Source of the DNA: Gammaproteobacteria bacterium
GTDB lineage: Bacteria > Pseudomonadota > Gammaproteobacteria > Steroidobacterales > Steroidobacteraceae
Direction: 5' to 3'
DNA length: 36,956 nt
Assembly: GCA_031396515.1 (NCBI GenBank)
Contig: JANNKZ010000208.1
Span: 1 to 36,956 of the forward strand
Within the stretch, counting starts at the first letter, position 1. Every line of letters begins with the position of its first letter. A program made the position numbers and the translations under genes. The notes beneath the pieces are model-generated. The model did not search any database. It was given only the letters and a program-made list of their open reading frames with translations, and had not been told where the DNA came from. Shown in pieces: positions 19,877 to 25,442 of the stretch.

Positions 19877-19911
19877 CTGTATGAATGATCAGGTGCTGTG
19901 ATTATATACAG
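19877..19911 (-). promoter_or_regulatory. two tandem LexA (SOS) boxes upstream of lexA
   Basis: CTGTGATTATATACAG (19896-19911) is a perfect CTGT-N8-ACAG box. On the gene strand it reads CTGTATATAATCACAG and contains a TATAAT -10-like hexamer. CTGTATGAATGATCAG (19877-19892) is a one-mismatch box starting 8 nt upstream of the lexA ATG and sits inside the palindrome CACCTG...CAGGTG. Confidence 0.8.
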
Positions 19912-20321
19912 CCTGAGCCTGCTGGCAAGCCCATCGTCAATCAGCCGGTCAACTGCGCCCGAATCGCCTGACTCCTCTCACCATCCGTGCGTAGGCGCAG
20001 GCCGACAACCGGAAGCGGCCGCGTCTCACGCAGCGCGCACGCGCGCTGCCATCGCGATGCGCGCACCATGATCGCCGTGTACAGACGATGAATGCGCATC
20101 GCAATCGACACTTGCGCGTGTTTTCAATCGCCGCGGAATTTCCGTTGCGTAAACGCGCAAAAGTCTGTCGCCCGAAGGCGACATGCGCATCGTGCTTTCA
20201 CCGCCTGTGCTGATAAGTTACGATCCGTAACGATCGTCGCGCGTACAGGAAGGACACGCGGCACCGTGAATCCGCGAAAGCGGGTTGTAACGTTCCATGC
20301 AACCTTGTGGAGAAAAAACTC

Positions 20322-20633
20322 ATGACCAATATCCTGAAGGTGGGCATCGCTGCCGCCGTCATCGCCCTGGGCGCCGGCTGTACCGATCTGAAGCCCTTGC
20401 AGGCGGAAGTCGACTCGCTCAAGTCGCAGGTGTCCAAGCTGTCCGGTGACGTGGACAGTGTGAAGACTGCAGCGGACGGCGCGAGCCGCGCCGCGGCCGC
20501 CGCTCAGCAGGCCGCCACCTCGGCGCAGAACTCGGCCAACCAGGCCTTGTCTGCGGCGCAGGCTGCGCAGCAGTGCTGCGATGCGAACAGCGAAAAGCTG
20601 AATCGCATGTTCGAAAAGTCGATGTCGAAGTAA
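20322..20633 (+). CDS. Lpp/OprI-family alanine-zipper outer-membrane lipoprotein
   Basis: Signal peptide with lipobox MTNILKVGIAAAVIALGAG-C, followed by an Ala/Gln-rich coiled coil (AADGASRAAAAAQQAATSAQNSANQALSAAQAAQQ). The C-terminal Lys (..EKSMSK) resembles Braun lipoprotein and Pseudomonas OprI. GGAG lies 9 nt upstream of ATG 20322. Confidence 0.85.
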   Translation: MTNILKVGIAAAVIALGAGCTDLKPLQAEVDSLKSQVSKLSGDVDSVKTAADGASRAAAAAQQAATSAQNSANQALSAAQAAQQCCDANSEKLNRMFEKSMSK

Positions 20634-20656
20634 TCGACGTCGGATTCCGACAGAAG

Positions 20657-20690
20657 CCCCGCGGTGGCAACACCGCGGGGTTTTTGTTTT
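20657..20690. terminator. intrinsic terminator after the lpp-like gene (convergent with the L,D-transpeptidase gene)
   Basis: The 10-bp GC stem ccccgcggtg (20657-20666) / caccgcgggg (20671-20680) has loop gcaa and is followed by tttttgttttt. Confidence 0.8.
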
Positions 20691-21641
20691 TCACGGCGCG
20701 GGAACCGCGCTCGCGACCGCCACCGCGCCCGGCACTGATACTTCGGTCGGGATGCCGCGCGCCTCGCGCCAGGCGCGCTCGGCGCCGATCCAGTCAATCG
20801 GCAACGGCGAATTGCGGGTCGCCTCGACGATCAGGCGCGTCAGGTCGGTCAGCGACGGCGGATCGACCGCGTCTTCCTGCAACGGCGGATGCACTTCGAT
20901 GAGCAGCTTCCCATCGTGCCAGCCCCATTTGTACGGCTGGTTCACGATCATGACCGGCGTGTTGACCGGCACCATGTTGAACAGCGCCTCGATGTCCTCG
21001 GGATAGAGCCGCATGCAGCCGTGCGTCACCTGCATGCCGACGCCGGCCGGCCGATTGGTGCCATGGATCAGGTAGGCGCCGCCGGGAATCCCGAGCCGCA
21101 ACGCAAATAACCCCATCGGGTTGTCCGGGCCCGCCGGCACCACCGCCGGCAGGATGTCGCCGCGCTTCGCATGCTCGTCGCGCACCGACTGCGGCGGCGT
21201 CCACGTCGGGTTCTTCACCTTGGCGACGATGCGCGTGCTGCCGAGCGGCGTGTGCCAGTCCATCTTTCCGATGCTCACCGGGAACGTCCACACGACCGGC
21301 GTCTCGCCGGGCGCCGCGCGCGGATACCAGTAGATCCGGTGTTCCGGCAGGTTGATTACGATGCCCTCGCGCGGCGCGCGCGGCAGCAGCCGCCGCTTCG
21401 GCACGACTACCTCGGTGCCGGCGCCTGGCAGCCTGGCGTCGACGCCCGGATTCGCGTTGGTGATCTCCTCGTAGCCGAGCCCGTGGCGGCGAGCGAGATC
21501 GAGCAGCGTGTCCTTGGCTTCGGTGCGGTCGACGCGCAGCTCGCCGATGACGTCGCTGCCATCGGCCGGCAGCGGGAAGCGCTCCGCCGCCGCCGGGAAG
21601 GCCGCCAACAGGGACAACAGGAAAACGATTCGCCGCGGCAT
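20691..21641 (-). CDS. L,D-transpeptidase (YkuD/ErfK/YbiS family) with N-terminal LysM-like domain
   Basis: Signal peptide MPRRIVFLLSLLAAFPAAA and a LysM-like DTLLDLARRHGLGYEEITNANPGVD. The catalytic YkuD motif is YLIHGTNRPAGVGMQVTHGCMRL. ATG 21641 is preferred over 21680. Confidence 0.9.
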   Translation of the reverse strand: MPRRIVFLLSLLAAFPAAAERFPLPADGSDVIGELRVDRTEAKDTLLDLARRHGLGYEEITNANPGVDARLPGAGTEVVVPKRRLLPRAPREGIVINLPEHRIYWYPRAAPGETPVVWTFPVSIGKMDWHTPLGSTRIVAKVKNPTWTPPQSVRDEHAKRGDILPAVVPAGPDNPMGLFALRLGIPGGAYLIHGTNRPAGVGMQVTHGCMRLYPEDIEALFNMVPVNTPVMIVNQPYKWGWHDGKLLIEVHPPLQEDAVDPPSLTDLTRLIVEATRNSPLPIDWIGAERAWREARGIPTEVSVPGAVAVASAVPAP

Positions 21642-21679
21642 GCGGCAATGGACCACGGGATTGAGGCCGGGTTTCCGCA

Positions 21680-22654
21680 TCAGTAGCGGATCAGCGCGGA
21701 GCCCCAGGTGAAGCCGCCGCCAAAAGTCTCCAGCAGCAGCAGCTGGCCGCGATGAATGCGGCCGTCGCGGATCGCCGTGTCAAGCGCGAGCGGAATGGAC
21801 GCCGCCGAGGTGTTGCCGTGGTCCTGCACGGTCACGACGACTTTCTCCATCGGCAGGCCGAGCTTGTCGGCGGCCGACTGGATGATGCGCAGGTTCGCCT
21901 GGTGCGGGATCAGCCAGTCGATCTCGCTGCGTTCGACGCCATTTTTTGCAAGCGTCTCGTCCACGAGCCTCGACAGCGTGCGCACGGCGACCTTGAAGAC
22001 CTCGTTGCCGAGCATCTTGAGGCCGTCGGTCGAGTTGTTGCGGAGTTTGTCGAAGCCCTTCGACACGCCGTACGGAAAGTACAGCAGGTCCTGGTACTTG
22101 CCGTCGGAATGCAGGTGCGTGCCGATGATGCCGGGCTCGTCGGCGGGCGTCAGCACGACCGCGCCCGCGCCGTCGCCGAACAGCACGCAGGTCGAGCGGT
22201 CGGTCCAGTCGATGAAGCGCGACAGGCACTCGACGCCGACCACGAGCGCGCACTTGGCCTCGCCGAGCTTGACGTACTTGTCGGCCACGGACAGCGCGTA
22301 GACGAATCCGCTGCAGGCGGTTTCGAGCGAGAACGCCGGGCACCCGTGGATGTCGAGCCGCTGTTGCAGGAGCGTGCCCGTATTCGGGAAGATCAGGTCG
22401 GGAGTGGTCGTGCCGACGACGATGAAATCCACGTCGGCCGGAGTCAGGCCCGCGGCCTTCAGCGCCCGCCGCGCGGCATGCTCGGCGAGCGAAGAGCTGG
22501 TTTCGTCGGGCGCCGCGATGTGGCGGCGCTCGATGCCCGTGCGCGTGCGGATCCACTCGGCGGTGGTGTCGATGCGCGATTCCAGATCCTTGTTCGTCAG
22601 GATCTGTTCGGGCAGGTAGCTGCCCGTGCCGGCGATCCGCGAGTAGCGGTTCAT
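21680..22654 (-). CDS. fabH: beta-ketoacyl-ACP synthase III
   Basis: MNRYSRIAGTGSYLPEQILTNKDLESRIDTTAEWIRTRTGIERRHIA, active-site ETACSGFVYAL, then HQANLRI and GNTSAASIPLAL, are all typical of FabH. Confidence 0.95.
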   Translation of the reverse strand: MNRYSRIAGTGSYLPEQILTNKDLESRIDTTAEWIRTRTGIERRHIAAPDETSSSLAEHAARRALKAAGLTPADVDFIVVGTTTPDLIFPNTGTLLQQRLDIHGCPAFSLETACSGFVYALSVADKYVKLGEAKCALVVGVECLSRFIDWTDRSTCVLFGDGAGAVVLTPADEPGIIGTHLHSDGKYQDLLYFPYGVSKGFDKLRNNSTDGLKMLGNEVFKVAVRTLSRLVDETLAKNGVERSEIDWLIPHQANLRIIQSAADKLGLPMEKVVVTVQDHGNTSAASIPLALDTAIRDGRIHRGQLLLLETFGGGFTWGSALIRY

Positions 22655-22688
22655 CCTGCGGTCACTCTTGGCATGACCGCCGCCCGGA

Positions 22689-22883
22689 TCATTCCTGGCC
22701 TGCGTCCTCGACCGGAACGTCGATCACCTTGCGCCCGCGGTAGAAACCGTCGCGGCTCACGCGGTGACGCAGGTGCGTCTCGCCGGTCGTCGGATCCTTT
22801 GACAGCGCCGGCTTCGCGATGCGGTCGTGGGAACGGTGCATGCCGCGCTTCGACGGTGTCTTGCGGCTTTTCTGTACGGCCAT
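22689..22883 (-). CDS. rpmF: 50S ribosomal protein L32
   Basis: The 64-aa [43 protein letters not shown] matches bL32. Confidence 0.97.
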   Translation of the reverse strand: MAVQKSRKTPSKRGMHRSHDRIAKPALSKDPTTGETHLRHRVSRDGFYRGRKVIDVPVEDAGQE

Positions 22884-22901
22884 GGAAGTTCGCTCTCCGA
22901 A

Positions 22902-23405
22902 TCAGTGTTTCAGCAAATCCTTCAGTCCCGCGAACGGGCGGCGCATCTCCGGCGCCGCCGGTTCCTCCGCCGCCGCCGTTCCCGGCAACTCGCAGGTCTC
23001 GCCCGACGCGTGCCGCGGAATCGCCGGCAGCGCGAGCAGCAATTCGTCCTCGACCAGCGCCGCCAGGTCGACCCGCTTCGGGTCGCCGGCGATCAGCTCG
23101 CAACCGCCCGGCAGGCTCTCGCTCTCCGCGACTGCGAACGCCACGTCCGTTTCCGATCGCAGTTCAACGGTCATCGGCTGCAGGCAACGCTGGCAGACCA
23201 GTTTCACCGCCGCCGTCACCGCGAGCAGCCCGGTCGGCACGTTGTCGATGCGATGCAACGCGAGCCGCATCCTCGCCACGCCCGTCGGTTCTGCCAGCCA
23301 GTCGCGCACGCGCGAAAAATCGGCCAGGGCAAATTCCCGTTCGACGAGCGCTCCCTGCGCCGCCTGCACAACGGCATCCAGCAGCGGTTCCCGGGCAGTC
23401 GGCAT
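22902..23405 (-). CDS. yceD: YceD family (DUF177) 23S rRNA accumulation protein
   Basis: It lies immediately upstream of rpmF, as in E. coli. It has CQRCLQPMTVEL, a second Cys region (PRHASGETCELP) and an acidic DELLLALP motif. Start is ATG 23405 (167 aa), not the GTG at 23519. Confidence 0.88.
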   Translation of the reverse strand: MPTAREPLLDAVVQAAQGALVEREFALADFSRVRDWLAEPTGVARMRLALHRIDNVPTGLLAVTAAVKLVCQRCLQPMTVELRSETDVAFAVAESESLPGGCELIAGDPKRVDLAALVEDELLLALPAIPRHASGETCELPGTAAAEEPAAPEMRRPFAGLKDLLKH

Positions 23406-23485
23406 GGGGGCGGTATGATAGTGATCCGCGTGGGGGGTGTCAAAGCAAATTCCGCGCAAATCATTGTTTTTTAAGAACTCATTGC

Positions 23486-24082
23486 ATGCCAGCTGGCCTG
23501 ATTCTCGCCTCCACCTCACCCTACCGCGCGACCCTGTTGGCGCGCCTGGGCCTCCCCTTCCAGATCGAAGCGCCGAGCGTCGCCGAGGAGTCGCTCGCCG
23601 GTGAGGCCCCCGACGCGCTCGCGCTCCGCCTGGCGCACGCCAAGGCCGAGTCGGTTGCGGCCCGATTTCCCGACGACCTGATCCTGGCCTCGGACCAGGT
23701 GGCCGATTGCGCAGGGCAGGTACTCGGCAAGCCCGGCGATGCCGCGCGCTGCCGAGACCAGTTGCTGGCTTGCAGCGGCCGCCAAGTGGTGTTTCACACG
23801 GCCGTCGTGCTGCGACATGCCGCCGCGTCGCTCACGATGTCGCACCTCGATCGTACGACGGTGCGGTTTCGCGAGCTCGACGGGCCCACGATCGACGTCT
23901 ACATCCGGCGCGACCGGCCCTTCGATTGCGCCGGCGGATTCCGCGCCGAGGGACTGGGCGTCGCGCTTTTCGACTCGATCGAATCGAGCGATCCCACCGC
24001 GCTCATCGGACTGCCGCTGATCTGGGTCGCGAATGCGTTGCGTCGCGCCGGGCTCGACCCGCTCGCCGCCGATCAATCCTGA
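23486..24082 (+). CDS. yceF: Maf-like nucleoside triphosphate pyrophosphatase (YceF subfamily)
   Basis: MPAGLILASTSPYRATLLARLGLPFQIEAPSVAEE matches the E. coli YceF N-terminus (LILASTSPWRRALLEKL). It is divergent from yceD, as in E. coli. It forms the last 198 codons of the artefactual 776-aa ORF 21752..24082. Confidence 0.9.
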   Translation: MPAGLILASTSPYRATLLARLGLPFQIEAPSVAEESLAGEAPDALALRLAHAKAESVAARFPDDLILASDQVADCAGQVLGKPGDAARCRDQLLACSGRQVVFHTAVVLRHAAASLTMSHLDRTTVRFRELDGPTIDVYIRRDRPFDCAGGFRAEGLGVALFDSIESSDPTALIGLPLIWVANALRRAGLDPLAADQS

Positions 24083-25050
24083 CCGGCGCCCTCGCGCTCG
24101 AGTCGGTTCAACAGTTCCGCGAGATCGGGCGGCAGCGGCGCCGCAATCCGGAACGAGTGTCCGGTATCCGGCCAGCGGAACGACAGTTCGGCCGCATGCA
24201 GGAACATGCGGCGCAGACCCTGCTCCTGCAGCCGTCGGTTGACCTCGCGATCGCCGTACTTGTCGTCGCCCGCCACCGGATGGCCGGCGAAGGCCGCATG
24301 CACGCGGATCTGGTGCGTGCGGCCGGTGTCGATCGCGACATCCATCAACGTCGCGAGTGCACGGAAGTTTCGTCGCGGCGTGAAGCGCGAGATCGCCGTC
24401 TTGCCGGCCGCGTGCACGCGCACGACGCGTTCGCCGCCCTGGCGTGTGTGGGTGAGGACCGGCGCATCGATCGTCTTGCTGCCGAGTCGCCAGCGCCCGA
24501 CCACGAGCGCCGCGTAGTGTTTCTCGACGCCGCCCTCGCGCAGCAAGGCATGCAGCTGCCGCAATGCCGGCCGGTCGCGCGCGATCAGCAGGCAGCCGCT
24601 GGTGTCGCGGTCGAGCCGGTGTGCGAGCTCGAGCGCCTGGTCGGGATAGAGGGCGCGCAGCGCCTCGATCGCGCCGAAGGACAGGCCGGAACCGCCGTGC
24701 ACGGCGAGTCCTGCGGGCTTGTCGAGCACGAGCAGGCGATCGTCTTGATGGATGATCGCCGCGCTTACGGACTCGAGCAGGGCATCCGGCAGCCGCCGTG
24801 GGGCGCCTGAATCGGGTGCGACTTCGCGCACCGGCGGCAGGCGCACTTCGTCGGCCGCGGCCAGGCGATAGTCGGCTTTCGAGCGCTTGCCGTTGACCCG
24901 GACTTCACCCTTGCGCAGCAGCCGGTAAACGCGGCTCCGGGGTACGCCCGCAAGCGTCCGCAGCAGGAAGTTGTCGAGCCGCTGCCCTTCCGCGGCGGCC
25001 CCCGCGAGTACCCGGCGCGCCTTGCCGGGCGGCGATCGACCCGTCGTCAT
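24073..25050 (-). CDS. rluC: 23S rRNA pseudouridine synthase RluC
   Basis: S4-like QRLDNFLLRTLAGVPRSRVYRLLRKGEVRVNGKRSKADYRLAAADEVRLPPV resembles E. coli RluC. Catalytic HRLDRDTSG and TGRTHQIRVH are present. It is divergent from rne, as in E. coli. Its 3' end overlaps the maf 3' end by 10 nt. Confidence 0.9.
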   Translation of the reverse strand: MTTGRSPPGKARRVLAGAAAEGQRLDNFLLRTLAGVPRSRVYRLLRKGEVRVNGKRSKADYRLAAADEVRLPPVREVAPDSGAPRRLPDALLESVSAAIIHQDDRLLVLDKPAGLAVHGGSGLSFGAIEALRALYPDQALELAHRLDRDTSGCLLIARDRPALRQLHALLREGGVEKHYAALVVGRWRLGSKTIDAPVLTHTRQGGERVVRVHAAGKTAISRFTPRRNFRALATLMDVAIDTGRTHQIRVHAAFAGHPVAGDDKYGDREVNRRLQEQGLRRMFLHAAELSFRWPDTGHSFRIAAPLPPDLAELLNRLEREGAGQD

Positions 25051-25442
25051 GGAGTTTCTCTAACGTATTGATTTGTCGGGCGCATTGCTGTTATCTTTGC
25101 CGGCAGTCAGGTCTTACGGCGCAGGTCCCGCGAAGCGGAACGTGGCCGCTGACCGGTACGCGGCCCCTCCCTCATCGACCCCGGTCAATCGTTGGTGTCG
25201 TCCGGGCAGGCCGCATGTTAGTTGGTCCGGCATGACCGGACCATCGCCGGCCGTTTGCTCGGATGTGATGTCCCCGCGCGTGTCGATCTCGTATCCAGGT
25301 GCAGGAGTTTTTTCGCCAGCAGCGCATCGCTCTGGCCCGCTCCCGTGCGCCCGCGATCCGCGCCTGCAGGGTGATGAGCTTGCGCTCGTGACGCAGCGTG
25401 ACATCGGCAGCAATACGGCCCCCAGAACCTCGGAAGGGGCCC
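25051..25442 (+). promoter_or_regulatory. rne promoter plus long structured 5' leader (putative autoregulatory UTR)
   Basis: This is a 392-bp non-coding gap between divergent rluC and rne. It contains the hairpin ggtccgg-catga-ccggacc (25224-25242). A GC stem ggcccc (25417-25422) / ggggcc (25436-25441) encloses the purine-rich SD region ggaagggg just before ATG 25443. By analogy, E. coli rne has a ~360-nt autoregulatory leader. Confidence 0.5.

Noticed and set aside
7640-21680. Idea that the T2SS genes plus the SOS cassette plus lpp/ldt form a horizontally acquired island between the clpS block and the fabH block
   Set aside because: There is no integrase, transposase, flanking tRNA or direct repeats, and no visible shift in GC or codon style. 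The evidence is insufficient for an island call.
21752-23485. First ~578 codons of the 776-aa plus-strand ORF 21752..24082
   Set aside because: This part is antisense to fabH, rpmF and yceD. Only the last 198 codons, from ATG 23486, correspond to a real protein (Maf/YceF).
24073-24082. 10-nt overlap of the convergent maf and rluC 3' ends
   Set aside because: This is a common consequence of compact gene packing and gives no indication of special regulation.
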